Below, in pieces: positions 19,844 to 32,980 of a stretch of DNA of 47,505 bases (the stretch's first letter is position 1; each line of letters starts with the position of its first letter). The DNA is taken from the NCBI GenBank assembly GCA_009886115.1, contig VFJJ01000094.1:1-47505 (forward strand). Direction: 5' to 3'. Made by a program: the position numbers and the translations under genes. Under the pieces are notes generated by a model. That model made no database searches, was not told the DNA's origin, and worked only from the letters and a program-made list of their open reading frames with translations. Origin of the DNA: Actinomycetota bacterium (lineage in GTDB: Bacteria; Actinomycetota; Acidimicrobiia; IMCC26256; VFJJ01).

Positions 19844-20194
19844 ATGGACCACATCGAGCTTCGGGGCCTGCGTGCACTGGGTGTCCACGGCGTGCTCCCC
19901 GAGGAGCGCGTGCGGGCCCAGCCGTTCGAGATCGACGTCGTGCTCGGGCTCGACCTGCGAGCGGCCGGCGAGTCCGACGATCTCACGAAGACCATCCACT
20001 ACGGCGAGCTGGCCGAGATGATCGTGGGGGTCGTCGAGAGCGAGAGCTTCCTCCTCATCGAGCGCCTGGCCGAGCACATCGCCCAGGCCTGCCGGGCCGA
20101 CGAGCGGGTGCTGGAGGCCACGGTGACGGTGTGCAAGGTCCGGCCTCCGGTCCCCGTCGAGATCGCCCGCATCGCCGTCACGGTCACCCGATGA
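19844..20194 (+). CDS. folB: Dihydroneopterin aldolase
   Basis: MDHIELRGL...HGVLPEER...QPFEID...IHYG...LLIERLA. Confidence 0.93.
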   Translation: MDHIELRGLRALGVHGVLPEERVRAQPFEIDVVLGLDLRAAGESDDLTKTIHYGELAEMIVGVVESESFLLIERLAEHIAQACRADERVLEATVTVCKVRPPVPVEIARIAVTVTR

Positions 20195-20766
20195 GCTCGC
20201 CCGAGGCCGACGAGTCCCAGCCGACCGAGTCCCAGCCTGACGAGTCCGGCCCGGGCGCGACCCGGCGGGCGTTCCTGGCGCTGGGCTCGAACCTGGGCGA
20301 CCGGCTCTCGAACCTGCAGCTGGCGGTCGACGGCCTAGCCGCCATTCCCGGCGTGAGCGTCGTTGCCGTGTCGAACGTGTACGAGACCGACCCCATCGGC
20401 CCGTCCCAACCCGACTACCTCAACGCCGTCACCTCGCTCGAGACGGACTTGTCGGCACGGGCGCTGCTCGAGGCCGGCCAACGTCTGGAGAAGGGCGCCC
20501 ATCGGGAGCGGCGCGAGCGTTGGGGACCTCGAACCCTCGACATCGACGTCTTGTGGGTCGACGGCGAGCGTGTCGACCAGCCCGACCTCCACGTGCCGCA
20601 TCCCCGGATGCTCGAACGGCTCTTCGTGCTCGTGCCGTTGGCCGATGTGGCCCCCGACCTCGTCCCCGACGAGCTCCTCGCCGCGTGGCACGCCGACCCG
20701 AGCGCCGTGAGGCCCACACGCCACCGGTTGCAGGTCCGGGGCCGGAGCCCCGAGCTCGACGGGTGA
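20191..20766 (+). CDS. folK: 6-hydroxymethyl-7,8-dihydropterin pyrophosphokinase
   Basis: FLALGSNLGDR, RWGPRTLDID, LHVPHPRM. Confidence 0.96.
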   Translation: MSSPEADESQPTESQPDESGPGATRRAFLALGSNLGDRLSNLQLAVDGLAAIPGVSVVAVSNVYETDPIGPSQPDYLNAVTSLETDLSARALLEAGQRLEKGAHRERRERWGPRTLDIDVLWVDGERVDQPDLHVPHPRMLERLFVLVPLADVAPDLVPDELLAAWHADPSAVRPTRHRLQVRGRSPELDG

Positions 20767-20770
20767 GACG

Positions 20771-21538
20771 ATGACGACCGTGGTGGGGCGAACCGTCGCC
20801 CTCATCGGGCCAGGGCGGGCTGGACGGGCCGTGGTGGGTGCGCTCGGGCGGTCCGGCCATCGCCTGGCAGCCACGGTTGGCCGGGGCGATCCGCTCACGG
20901 CCGTCGCCCGCGCCGAGATCGTGGTGATCGCCACACCTGATCGCGCCGTCGCCGGCGTGGCCCACTCCCTCGTCGAGCATGCCGGGCCGGCTTCGCTCGT
21001 GGTCCACCTCTCGGGTTCGTCTGGGCTCGAGGCGCTCGACGCGCTCCGTGAAGGTCGGCCCGACGTGCGGCTCGGCGCGCTGCACCCGTTGCAGTCGTTG
21101 ACCGGCGGGCCCGACGACGTCGATCGCCTCACCGGTTCGTGGTTCGCGGTGGCGGGCCCGCCGGCGGTCGCCGATCTGGCCCGGGCCTGCGGCGGCCATC
21201 CGTTCACCGTCACCGACCGGGCGCTGTATCACGCCGCGGCCTGCGTGGCCTCGAACCATCTCGTCGCCCTGCTCGGTCAGGTCGAGCGGCTCGCCGGTGC
21301 GGTCGGGGTGCCCGCCGAGGCCTTCTGGCCCCTCGTCGCCGGATCGTTCGCCAACGTCCAGGCTGTCGGTGCCCGGCCGGCACTCACCGGTCCGGTCGCT
21401 CGGGGCGATGTCGCGACGGTCGCCCGTCACCTCCACGCCCTCCCGATCGACGAGATCGCGCCGTACCGGGCCCTCGCCCGTGAGGCCCTCCGGCTGACGG
21501 GCCGGGCCGATGCCGAGCTGGAGGAGCTGCTCTCATGA
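20771..21538 (+). CDS. Rossmann-like plus DUF2520 oxidoreductase (PanG-like ketopantoate reductase candidate)
   Basis: IGPGRAG, HLSGS, LHPLQS, YHAAACVASNH, LTGPVARGD; coupled to panC. Confidence 0.82.
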   Translation: MTTVVGRTVALIGPGRAGRAVVGALGRSGHRLAATVGRGDPLTAVARAEIVVIATPDRAVAGVAHSLVEHAGPASLVVHLSGSSGLEALDALREGRPDVRLGALHPLQSLTGGPDDVDRLTGSWFAVAGPPAVADLARACGGHPFTVTDRALYHAAACVASNHLVALLGQVERLAGAVGVPAEAFWPLVAGSFANVQAVGARPALTGPVARGDVATVARHLHALPIDEIAPYRALAREALRLTGRADAELEELLS

Positions 21539-22461
21539 GCCCGATCACTGGCGCTGCGGCGCCTTCGACCCCCGCGGTCGTGCGCACGATCCTCGAGCTG
21601 CGCTCGCGCCTCGCCGAGAGGCGAGGCAGTGGGCAGACCGTGGGATTGGTCCCCACGATGGGCTACTTCCACGACGGCCACCTGTCGCTGATGGCCACGG
21701 CCCGGGCCGCGTGCGACATCGTGGTGGTCAGCCACTTCGTGAACCCGCTGCAGTTCGCGCCGTCCGAGGATCTGGCCACCTACCCCCGCGACTTCACCCG
21801 CGACCTGAGCATGGCTGCGACGGTCGGTGTCGATCTCGTGTTCCATCCCGATCGGGCCGAGATGTATCCCACGTGGCCTGCGACGACGACCGTGAGGGTG
21901 AGCGGGGTGAGCGAGGGTCTCGAGTCGGCGTCCCGCCCGCACTTCTTCGAAGGTGTGGCGACCGTGGTGGCCAAGCTGCTCGCCATCGTCGGCCCGTGTG
22001 TCGCCTACTTCGGTACGAAGGACTACCAGCAGCTCGCGGTGGTGCGGCGCATGGTCGACGACCTCCGGCTCCCCGTCGAGGTCGTCGGCTGCCCCATCGT
22101 CAGGGAGCCCGACGGCCTGGCCATGTCGAGCCGCAACGTCCATCTGAACGAGCTCGAGCGGCAGGCCGCGCTCGCGCTCTCCCGGGGGCTGGCGGCAGGG
22201 CTCGACGCTGTCCGGCGGGGCGAACGGTCTGCGGCCGGGCTGGCCGCGGCGGTCGAGGCGACGATCAGGGCCGAGCCCCTCGCCGAGCTCGACTACGTGG
22301 CCGTCGTCGACGGGCACGACCTGCGGGCCGTGAACACCATCGAGGCCGGGCGGCTGATGCTTGTGGCGATCGCGGCCAAGGTCGGGCGTCCCCGCCTGAT
22401 CGACAACTGCACCTTCGAGATCTCGGCGTCGGGGAGCGTGGCCACCGATCTCGTGGCGTAG
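21535..22461 (+). CDS. panC: Pantoate--beta-alanine ligase
   Basis: VPTMGYFHDGH, FVNPLQF, KDYQQ, GLAMSSRN, RLIDN. Confidence 0.96.
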   Translation: MSPITGAAAPSTPAVVRTILELRSRLAERRGSGQTVGLVPTMGYFHDGHLSLMATARAACDIVVVSHFVNPLQFAPSEDLATYPRDFTRDLSMAATVGVDLVFHPDRAEMYPTWPATTTVRVSGVSEGLESASRPHFFEGVATVVAKLLAIVGPCVAYFGTKDYQQLAVVRRMVDDLRLPVEVVGCPIVREPDGLAMSSRNVHLNELERQAALALSRGLAAGLDAVRRGERSAAGLAAAVEATIRAEPLAELDYVAVVDGHDLRAVNTIEAGRLMLVAIAAKVGRPRLIDNCTFEISASGSVATDLVA

Positions 22462-22559
22462 ACGTCGAGCCGTCGGATCGGCCGCGGCACGCCCGTTCCG
22501 ACGGTCCGACGGGCTGGACTGCGTCTCGGTCACGCAGCGCTCGTAGCATTCCCGTCCTG

Positions 22560-24335
22560 ATGTCCGCCTCGACCACCCCGGGCAACACCATCGACGTGCT
22601 GGTCCTCGGCTCGGGCGTGGCCGGGCTCTCCGCCGCGATCGAGGCCTCGACGTTCGGTCTCCGGACCGCCGTGCTCACCAAGGCGGCGATCGTCCACACG
22701 GCCACCCGGTACGCGCAGGGCGGGGTCGCCGCAGCGCTGACCGACGACGACTCCCCGGCACTGCACCTCGACGACACGCTCATGGCCGGCGCCGGGCTCT
22801 GCGACGTCGATGCCGTCCGCGCCCTCGTCACCGAAGGGCCGGCCCGGGTGCTCGAGCTCATCGGGATGGGTGCGGTCTTCGACCCGGCGCACCACGGCGA
22901 GAAGGGAGCCCGGGCACCCGACGGCACGCTCCTCGGCCTCGCTCGTGAGGGCGGCCATTCGTTGCACCGGGTCCTCCATGCCGGCGGCGATGCCACCGGC
23001 ATGGAGATCGAGCGGGCGCTCGTGGCCGCGCTCGAGGCGTCGACCGTCGATGTCCACGAAGGCTTTCGAGCCGTCGATCTCCTCGTGGACGGCGGCCGGT
23101 GCATCGGCGTGGTGGGCTTCGACGAGCACGATCAGATCGTCGAGGTCGCCGCCCGACACATCGTCGTCGCCAGCGGCGGGGCAGGACAGCTCTACAGCGT
23201 CACGACGAACCCGACGTTGTCGACGGGTACCGGCGTGGCCATGGCCCTCCGGGCCGGTGTGGCCGTGGCCGATCTCGAGTTCGTCCAGTTCCATCCGACC
23301 GCGCTCCATCAGCCGGTGATGCCGCGGCCCCTGCTCTCCGAGGCGCTCCGCGGCGACGGTGCGATCCTGCGCGACGAGCACGGTGTGGCGTTCATGACGA
23401 CCGAGCACCCGCTCGGCGATCTGGCCCCGCGCGATGTCGTCGCCCGGGCCATCGCCCGGCGCCTCATCGAGCGGGGCCTCACGCACCTCTGGCTCGACGC
23501 GACCTCCATCGCCGACTTCCCGAGCCGGTTCCCCACCATCTGGGGCTCGTGTCAGCGGGTCGGGCTCGACCCCCGTACCGACTGGCTCCCGGTGGCGCCC
23601 GCTGCGCACTACCTCTGCGGCGGGATCGTCACCGACCTCAACGGCGCCTCGTCGCTGCCGGGGCTGTGGGCGTGCGGCGAGGTGGCGGCGAGCGGCGTGC
23701 ACGGAGCCAACCGGTTGGCGTCGAACTCACTGCTCGACGGGCTGGTCTTCGGCGTGCGATCGGCCCGGGCCATCGGCGCCGGCATCGACGGGCCGACCGC
23801 CACCGGAGCGATGCGGGGCGTCCCCCTAGGGGGATGCGCGACATCGCGGGCTCGACTCGACGTCCCCAAGAACGTGAACGGCTCACGCAACGGGTCCGGG
23901 GGCACGATCGACAGCGAACCGACGGCTCCGGGCACGGGCACCGCTCGAGACGCGAGCGGGGCCAACGGGCCCGTCCCGCAGGGCACGTTCGTCACCGCGG
24001 CCCGTGACGCCCTGCAGCACGAGATGACCGTCGGCGCCGGAGTGCTACGAGACGCAGCGGGGCTCGCCACGACCAGCCGGGCCCTCGACCGGATCGACGC
24101 CTCGAACCCCAGCGGTACCTGGACCGGCCGCGACGCTGCCGATCTCCACGACCTCCTCGACGTGGCTCGGGCGCTGGTGCGGGCCGCCGAGGCACGCGAG
24201 GAGTCCCGAGGCGCCCACACCCGGTCCGACTTCCCCGGCCCGTCCGACGCGTGGCTGGGCCGCTCCGTGCACCTCGCTGACGACGTGATGTGCTTCGTAC
24301 CGCTGCCCGACGGCGATCGCGTCGCGACCCGATGA
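22560..24335 (+). CDS. nadB: L-aspartate oxidase
   Basis: GSGVAGL, AQGGVAA, REGGHS, QFHPT, SEALRG, GVHGANRLASNSLL, ESRGAH. Confidence 0.94.
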   Translation: MSASTTPGNTIDVLVLGSGVAGLSAAIEASTFGLRTAVLTKAAIVHTATRYAQGGVAAALTDDDSPALHLDDTLMAGAGLCDVDAVRALVTEGPARVLELIGMGAVFDPAHHGEKGARAPDGTLLGLAREGGHSLHRVLHAGGDATGMEIERALVAALEASTVDVHEGFRAVDLLVDGGRCIGVVGFDEHDQIVEVAARHIVVASGGAGQLYSVTTNPTLSTGTGVAMALRAGVAVADLEFVQFHPTALHQPVMPRPLLSEALRGDGAILRDEHGVAFMTTEHPLGDLAPRDVVARAIARRLIERGLTHLWLDATSIADFPSRFPTIWGSCQRVGLDPRTDWLPVAPAAHYLCGGIVTDLNGASSLPGLWACGEVAASGVHGANRLASNSLLDGLVFGVRSARAIGAGIDGPTATGAMRGVPLGGCATSRARLDVPKNVNGSRNGSGGTIDSEPTAPGTGTARDASGANGPVPQGTFVTAARDALQHEMTVGAGVLRDAAGLATTSRALDRIDASNPSGTWTGRDAADLHDLLDVARALVRAAEAREESRGAHTRSDFPGPSDAWLGRSVHLADDVMCFVPLPDGDRVATR

Positions 24336-25210
24336 GCAGCCCCGTCGCTCGAGCGGGAGCCCACCTCCCGTGCGATCCCCCGGCGGGAGCCGTGCGCGAC
24401 GCCGTGGCCCGGGCGCTCAGCGAAGATCTCGGACACCTCGGCGACATCACCGTTCAGGCCTTGATCCCGGTCGAGCTCACGGGGACCGGCGTCTTCGCAG
24501 CCCGAACCGCCGGCATCCTCGCGGGAACGAGCTGCGCCTCTGAGGCCTTCGCCCAGATCGATCCGAGAGTGCGCGTCCATTGGCAGCGTCGCGACGGTGC
24601 TGCGTTCGACGCCGGCGCGATTCTCGGCCACGTCGAAGGGCCCATGGCCGCCGTGCTCACCGGGGAACGGACGGCCCTGAACTTCCTGTGCCACCTCTCG
24701 GGGATCGCCACGATGACCGCACAGTTCGTGGCCTCCATCGCAGCCACCGGAGCCCGCACCGTCCTGCTCGACACCCGCAAGACCATTCCCGGCCTTCGGG
24801 CGCTCCAGAAGGCCGCCGTCAGAGCCGGGGGCGGGCGCAACCATCGCGAGAGCCTCTCCGATGCGATCCTCGTGAAGGACAACCATCTCCGAGGCGTGTC
24901 GATCGCCGACGCGGTGGCCCGGAGCCGGGCCGCATGGCCGGGACGTGCAGTCGAGATCGAGTGCGACACGCTCGACCAGGTGGCCCAAGCGAAAGACGCG
25001 GGCGCCGACATCGTGATGTGCGACAACATGTCGCCGACCCAGGTGGCCGAGGCCGTCGTCCTCCTCGCGGGTACTGCGATGGTCGATGTCTCGGGTCTGA
25101 TCAACCTGGCCACGGTCGCCGACTACGCACGCGCCGGCGCCTCCTTCGTGTCGGTGGGGGCCCTCACCCACTCCGCTCCGACCCTCGACATCGGACTCGA
25201 CCTTGCCTGA
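24332..25210 (+). CDS. nadC: Quinolinate phosphoribosyltransferase
   Basis: ERTALNFL, DTRKTIPGLR, NHR, KDNH, SVGALTHS. Confidence 0.96.
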   Translation: MSSPVARAGAHLPCDPPAGAVRDAVARALSEDLGHLGDITVQALIPVELTGTGVFAARTAGILAGTSCASEAFAQIDPRVRVHWQRRDGAAFDAGAILGHVEGPMAAVLTGERTALNFLCHLSGIATMTAQFVASIAATGARTVLLDTRKTIPGLRALQKAAVRAGGGRNHRESLSDAILVKDNHLRGVSIADAVARSRAAWPGRAVEIECDTLDQVAQAKDAGADIVMCDNMSPTQVAEAVVLLAGTAMVDVSGLINLATVADYARAGASFVSVGALTHSAPTLDIGLDLA

Positions 25211-26006
25211 ACCGACTGCTGCGCAACGACCGGACGGCTCCTTGCTGTTGTGCATCGACGTCGGCAACACGCAGACGGTCGTCGGCCTGTTCGAGGGCTC
25301 CGATCTCGTCGACCACTGGCGCATCAGCACGGTCCACGAGCGGACGCACGACGAGCTGGCCCTGATGATCCACCAGTTCCTCGGTTTCCACGGCTTCGAA
25401 GTCGAGGAACGTCTCGGCGGGGTCGCGATCTCGTCGGGTGTCCCCGTCGTCACCGCAGCCTTGCGCCACATGACGAGGCGGTACTTCGGCTTCGAGGCCC
25501 TGGTGCTCGAGCCGGGGGTGCGCACCGGGATGCCCATCCTCATCGACAACCCCAAGGAGGTCGGCGCCGACCGCATCGCCAACGCCGTCGCGGCCTACGA
25601 GCTCTACGGCGGCCCGTGCATCGCGGTCGACTTCGGCACGGCCACGACCGTCGACGCCGTGTCGGCCAAGGGTGAGTACCTGGGCGGGGCGATCGCTCCC
25701 GGGATCCAGATCTCCATGGACGCCTTGGTCGAACGGGCTGCGGCACTCCGCAAGGTCGAGCTCGTCGCGCCCCGCAACGTGATCGGCAAGTCGACCGTCG
25801 AGGCCATCCAGAGCGGTGCCGTCCACGGCTTCACCGGCGCTGTCGACCACCTCGTCGACCTGTTCACCGAGCAGCTCGGCGAGTCGACCGTCGTCGCCAC
25901 CGGCGGCCTCGGCTACCTCCTGACGCCCATCTCCCGGACCATCCAGCATCACGAGCCCTGGCTCACGCTCCAGGGGCTGCGCATCGTGTGGAACCGCAAC
26001 CGATGA
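25203..26006 (+). CDS. coaX: Type III pantothenate kinase
   Basis: IDVGNT, EVGADRIAN, VDFGTAT, GGAIAPG, ATGG. Confidence 0.95.
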   Translation: MPEPTAAQRPDGSLLLCIDVGNTQTVVGLFEGSDLVDHWRISTVHERTHDELALMIHQFLGFHGFEVEERLGGVAISSGVPVVTAALRHMTRRYFGFEALVLEPGVRTGMPILIDNPKEVGADRIANAVAAYELYGGPCIAVDFGTATTVDAVSAKGEYLGGAIAPGIQISMDALVERAAALRKVELVAPRNVIGKSTVEAIQSGAVHGFTGAVDHLVDLFTEQLGESTVVATGGLGYLLTPISRTIQHHEPWLTLQGLRIVWNRNR

Positions 26007-27655
26007 CGGGCGCCGACGACCCCGGTACCTCGAACGCGGCCGAACCCGCCGCCACCGTCTCGCACCCCGGGATGATCGAGGTGCTCGACGGCCAGGCTGC
26101 CGAGGTGCGGGCGGCTCGCCTGTCCAAGGTGGACGGGCTGCGCGCCTCGGCCGTCGACCCGTATCCCGTGGGGTTCAAGCGCACCGTCACCTGCGCCGAG
26201 CTGGCCGAGCGCTACATCGGCCTCGAGGCGGGTTCGGAGACAGACGACCGCGTGAGCGTCGCCGGCCGCCTGATGCTCGTACGCAACCAGGGGAAGCTCA
26301 TCTTCGCCACGGTGCGCGACGGATCGGGCACCGTGCAGCTCTTCGTGTCGAAGGCCGTCATCGGAGACGACGCCTTCGCCGCCTTCGCCGATCTCGATCT
26401 GGGCGACTGGGTCGGAGTCGTTGGCGACGTGATGAGCACCCGCAAGGGAGAGCTCTCGGTGAGGGCGGTCTCGGCCCTGCTCCTGGCGAAGGCACTGCGC
26501 CCCTTGCCCGACAAGTGGCATGGCCTGTCCGACATCGACACCCGCTTTCGTCAGCGCTACGTCGACCTCATGGTCAATGACGAGGCGCGCCGGGTTTTCG
26601 AGGTGCGCTTTCGCGCCATCGCCGAGATGCGCCGGCTGATGCAGGCCCGGGGATACCTGGAGGTCGAGACGCCCGTGCTGCAGACCGTGGCCGGCGGGGC
26701 GACGGCCCGTCCGTTCGTCACCCACCACCACGCGCTCGACATGACCCTGTACCTGCGCATCGCGCTCGAGCTGCACCTCAAGCGGCTGCTGGTGGGCGGC
26801 TTCGAACGGGTCTTCGAGATCGGCCGCGTGTTCCGCAACGAGGGGATCAGCACGCGCCACAACCCCGAGTTCACGATGCTCGAGTGCTACGAGGCCCTGG
26901 CCGACTACCGCGACATGATGGACCTCACCGAGGAGCTGATCACCGGCGCGGCCATCGCAGCCACCGGGTCGACGATCGTGCCGCACCCCGACCGGCCGCC
27001 GGCATCACTCGGTGAGCCGAACGAGCACGGCGGCGAGACCCCCGCGAACGAGCCCGACCGATCTCACGGATCCGACGACCGTCGCACCATCGACCTCACC
27101 CCGCCGTGGCGTCGGGCGACGCTGCGCGAGCTCGTGGCGGAACGCACCGGGCTCGACCTGCACCCGTCGATGCCTGTCGAGCAGCTCCGTCGCCACTGCG
27201 ACGACCTCGGCGTGCCCTACGAGGCCTATTTCGGCTCCGGCAAGCTGATCCTCGAGATCTACGAGAAGACCGTCGAGCACACGCTCATGGAGCCCACGTT
27301 CGTGTGCGACTACCCCACCGAGGTGTCACCTCTCGCTCGCCGACACCGCGACGACCCGCTCCTCACCGAGCGCTTCGAGCTGATCATCAACGGCCGCGAG
27401 ATCGCCAACGCCTTCACCGAGCTCAACGACCCCGTCGATCAGCTCGGCCGCTTCGAGGCGCAGGCGGCCCTCAAGGCAGCAGGCGATGACGAGGCCAACG
27501 AGATCGACCACGACTACGTCCGGGCGCTCGAGTACGGCCTCCCGCCCTGTGGCGGGCTGGGCATCGGCATCGACCGGGTCGCCATGCTGCTCGCTGGCGT
27601 GCACTCGATCCGTGAGGTCGTGCTGTTCCCGCACCTGCGCCCCGAAGTGGGCTGA
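26003..27655 (+). CDS. lysS: Lysyl-tRNA synthetase (class II)
   Basis: [33 protein letters not shown]. Confidence 0.97.
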   Translation: MTGADDPGTSNAAEPAATVSHPGMIEVLDGQAAEVRAARLSKVDGLRASAVDPYPVGFKRTVTCAELAERYIGLEAGSETDDRVSVAGRLMLVRNQGKLIFATVRDGSGTVQLFVSKAVIGDDAFAAFADLDLGDWVGVVGDVMSTRKGELSVRAVSALLLAKALRPLPDKWHGLSDIDTRFRQRYVDLMVNDEARRVFEVRFRAIAEMRRLMQARGYLEVETPVLQTVAGGATARPFVTHHHALDMTLYLRIALELHLKRLLVGGFERVFEIGRVFRNEGISTRHNPEFTMLECYEALADYRDMMDLTEELITGAAIAATGSTIVPHPDRPPASLGEPNEHGGETPANEPDRSHGSDDRRTIDLTPPWRRATLRELVAERTGLDLHPSMPVEQLRRHCDDLGVPYEAYFGSGKLILEIYEKTVEHTLMEPTFVCDYPTEVSPLARRHRDDPLLTERFELIINGREIANAFTELNDPVDQLGRFEAQAALKAAGDDEANEIDHDYVRALEYGLPPCGGLGIGIDRVAMLLAGVHSIREVVLFPHLRPEVG

Positions 27656-27673
27656 GCCGCCGGGAGTCGGTCG

Positions 27674-28963
27674 TCAGCCGGTCGTGACCGGCACGCTCCG
27701 TTCCAGACCCTCTGCCGCGAAGAGCTGGTCGCTGTCGAATCGACCGAGCCGGGCCACGACCACCCCGGGGAACGTCGTGCTCCGGTGGCGCATCGCGGTG
27801 ACGGAGTCGTTGTAGAACGTGCGGGCCAGGGCGATGCGGTCCTCGGTGCCAACGATCGCGGCTCGCAGGTTCGAGAACGGCTCGCTCGCCTGGAGGTCGG
27901 GGTAGGCCTCGGCCAGGACGCAGGTCTGGGCGATGGCGCGCGTCTGCTCGAGCGCAGCGCTCGTCGCATCCTCGGCCGCGGTCCACGACATCGATGCTCG
28001 GATGCCAACCAGCGCCTCATGGGTCGATCGCTCGTGCGCGGCGTGGGCGTCGACGACGGCCACGAGTTGCGGGATCAGGTCGTGGCGACGGCGCAGCTGG
28101 ATGTCGATCAGGCTCCAGGCCCTCTGGGTCCGATTGCGGAGCGCGACGAGCCCGTTCCAGACGATCACCAGCCAGAACCCGGAGATCAGCGCCCCGGCGG
28201 CCACGGCGAGCAGGAAGGGCCGGGCCCCCGCCGCGTCGAGACGCGACTCGCCGGCCGAGGGATCAGCCACGGTGATCGGAGCGAGGAAGGCCAACACCAC
28301 GGCGGCCGCCAGCGCAGCCCGTGCACCCCAGCGGTACCTCGCCGTGATCTGGTGCTCGCTCCGGACCGAGATGAGGAACGGCCCGTCACCATCGGCGATC
28401 TCGGGGATCGCCGGGCCCTCGTCGGGTAGCCGAACCGGGCCGAGAACGAAGACCGGGGAGCCCACCACCAGCGCTTCCTCGGTGAAGCGCCTCCTGTTGG
28501 TCGAGTTCGGGATCGAACCCACCGGCCCACGGTCGTACAGGGGCTCGCCGTAGGTGCAGGTCTCGTCGATGGTCGAGGTCGCGGTGATGCTCGCGCCTTC
28601 GGGGTCGACCCTCATTCGCCCCGTCGCGTCGAGGAGCCAGAACTCAGGCAAGGCCTCCTGGCTCTCCTCGAGGGTCCTCCAACCCGTCTCGACCTGGGTC
28701 TGCTGCTTGCCGCTGACGACCCGGCTCTGGACCCGCCGCCACTCCTCGGCGATCTCGTGCCGGAACCAGACACAGGGCGAGCCCGAGAGGGGTGCGACCA
28801 GCGGATGCGTCGCGTCGACCGTCCCGGCAACCTCGTTGGTGCCCATGAACACGCCCGAGACCGTGCAGGTGGGGACGTCCTCGATGAGTCTCATGCGGCG
28901 CAGCGCGAAGAACCCGCCGATCATCAGAGCGAGCGAAGCGAGACCGAGGACGATTCCGAGCAC
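27674..28963 (-). CDS. GIDE-like domain plus LemA fusion membrane protein
   Basis: N-terminal TM, LIEDVPT...LVAPLSGSPCVWF pattern; C-terminal LemA motifs WSLIDIQLRRRHDLIP, EAYPDL, EDRIALARTFYND. Confidence 0.78.
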   Translation of the reverse strand: MLGIVLGLASLALMIGGFFALRRMRLIEDVPTCTVSGVFMGTNEVAGTVDATHPLVAPLSGSPCVWFRHEIAEEWRRVQSRVVSGKQQTQVETGWRTLEESQEALPEFWLLDATGRMRVDPEGASITATSTIDETCTYGEPLYDRGPVGSIPNSTNRRRFTEEALVVGSPVFVLGPVRLPDEGPAIPEIADGDGPFLISVRSEHQITARYRWGARAALAAAVVLAFLAPITVADPSAGESRLDAAGARPFLLAVAAGALISGFWLVIVWNGLVALRNRTQRAWSLIDIQLRRRHDLIPQLVAVVDAHAAHERSTHEALVGIRASMSWTAAEDATSAALEQTRAIAQTCVLAEAYPDLQASEPFSNLRAAIVGTEDRIALARTFYNDSVTAMRHRSTTFPGVVVARLGRFDSDQLFAAEGLERSVPVTTG

Positions 28964-29060
28964 AGCACAACGGTAGATCGTTCAGCAGGGCCCGAAATCC
29001 ACGCCCACCTGATCGGCTGCCGGAGCGACGGCCGAAGCCGACGGACCGCGAGGCGTGCGC

Positions 29061-30062
29061 TCAGCGATCGCGTTGGAGGAGCGAGCGCGAGTAGCGCTCG
29101 AGGCCCTCGACCACGCGCCGATCGAGTGCCGGACACGCCGTCAGCGCGGCCTCCGCCCGGTCGAGGTGATCGATCGCCAGGCTCATCGTCTCCTCGATGC
29201 AGCCGGAGGCCACGACGATCTCCCGGGCCCGGGTCAAGGCGTCGGGCTCGATGGGGCCACCCAGCAGGCTCCGGAGCTCCTCGGCCCCGGCAGCACCGGC
29301 ACCCGTGGCCCGCAGCGCGCGGATCACCGGGAGCGTGTAGACGCCCTCGGCGATGTCGTGACCGGCCGGCTTGCCGAGCGTCGCCGTATCGGCAGTGAGA
29401 TCGAGCACGTCGTCGACGAGCTGGAAGACGATGCCCAGGTGATGGCCGTAGGTGCTCAAGCTCTCGACGGCCGTCCGGTCGAGGCCGGCGACGATGGCGC
29501 CGATCCGGCAGGCGGCCGAGATCAGGGACGCCGTCTTCCCGACGATGGCCCCGAAGTAGGCGTCCTCGTCGCGGTCGATATCGAAGGTGTGCCGCAGCTC
29601 GAGCACCTGGCCCTTGCAGAGCTCGCCGATCGTGGCCGCCAGGAGCCCGGCGACCTCGACGCCGAGCGAGGCTGCGAGCTCCGAGGCCTTGGCCAGGAGG
29701 AAGTCGCCCGCGAGGATGGCCACCGTGTTCGACCAGCGGGTGTTGACGGTCTCGACGCCCCGACGGGTGAGAGCCTCGTCGATGACGTCGTCGTGGTAGA
29801 GCGATCCCAGATGCACGAGCTCGACGGCGATGCCGCCGATGATCACGGGTTCGTCGACCGGTTGGTCGGGCCCGTGCAGGCAGTACCCGGCGCACAGCAC
29901 CAGGACCGGCCGGAGCCGCTTGCCACCCGCGGCGATGAGGTGCGTCGCCACATCGGTCAAGAACGGGTCGGAGACCTCGACCGACGATTTCAGCGCAGCT
30001 TCGAGACGGGACAGGTCGTCTCGGAGAGCGGTGAAACCGAGCGGCGCAAGGGAGTCGACCAC
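29061..30062 (-). CDS. Polyprenyl diphosphate synthase
   Basis: GGKRLRP, HDDVIDE, GDFL, KTA, FQLVDDVLD. Confidence 0.93.
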   Translation of the reverse strand: MVDSLAPLGFTALRDDLSRLEAALKSSVEVSDPFLTDVATHLIAAGGKRLRPVLVLCAGYCLHGPDQPVDEPVIIGGIAVELVHLGSLYHDDVIDEALTRRGVETVNTRWSNTVAILAGDFLLAKASELAASLGVEVAGLLAATIGELCKGQVLELRHTFDIDRDEDAYFGAIVGKTASLISAACRIGAIVAGLDRTAVESLSTYGHHLGIVFQLVDDVLDLTADTATLGKPAGHDIAEGVYTLPVIRALRATGAGAAGAEELRSLLGGPIEPDALTRAREIVVASGCIEETMSLAIDHLDRAEAALTACPALDRRVVEGLERYSRSLLQRDR

Positions 30063-30372
30063 CACTCCAGGCTAGGCCGGAGCCGGTCTCATCTCAAAGT
30101 TGACCACTCTCCGTGGTCGAAGTGGACGCGGTCGATCATCGTGCCAGCGTCTTGTACTCCACTCGATCGATTCGATGACCGATAGAGAGCCGGAGTCACC
30201 GCAGCGTCGAAGTGCCCTACGGCACTCGCCCGACCACAAGCCCGGGGAATCTCGGGACCCGTAACGGCGTTGTCGTCTCAACCGACCGATAGAATGCAGG
30301 CCACGTGCGTCCGGCTACGGCCATGCCACCGTGCAGCGGTGGAGGTCACCATCGGGCGCCTGGGAGGATGCC

Positions 30373-32871
<2,499 letters not shown>

Positions 32872-32916
32872 CCGCCGTTCACGGGTCCCACCGGGGCCCG
32901 GACATCGAGACGAACT

Positions 32917-32951
32917 GCATCGAGGGCGCCCCCGCCGGGCGCCCTCGATGC
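32917..32951 (+). terminator. 15-bp perfect hairpin downstream of clpC
   Basis: GCATCGAGGGCGCCC-ccgcc-GGGCGCCCTCGATGC; no U-tract. Confidence 0.6.
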
Positions 32952-32980
32952 GTCACCGTGTGCTGGTAGCGTCCGCAACG

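Noticed and set aside
21510..24335. Apparent 941-aa NadB, and similarly extended ModC (170), acyl-CoA dehydrogenase (5782) and CysS (41362) ORFs
   Set aside because: The extensions are stop-free alternate frames over upstream genes; recognisable protein starts further downstream
21535..26006. nadB-nadC between panC and coaX, with panD and nadA absent
   Set aside because: This order is known in other actinomycetes, and the missing genes may lie elsewhere in the genome
30066..30372. Heat-shock operator (CtsR/HspR/ClgR) upstream of clpC
   Set aside because: Only partial matches such as CTCAAAGTTGACC; no convincing consensus by eye
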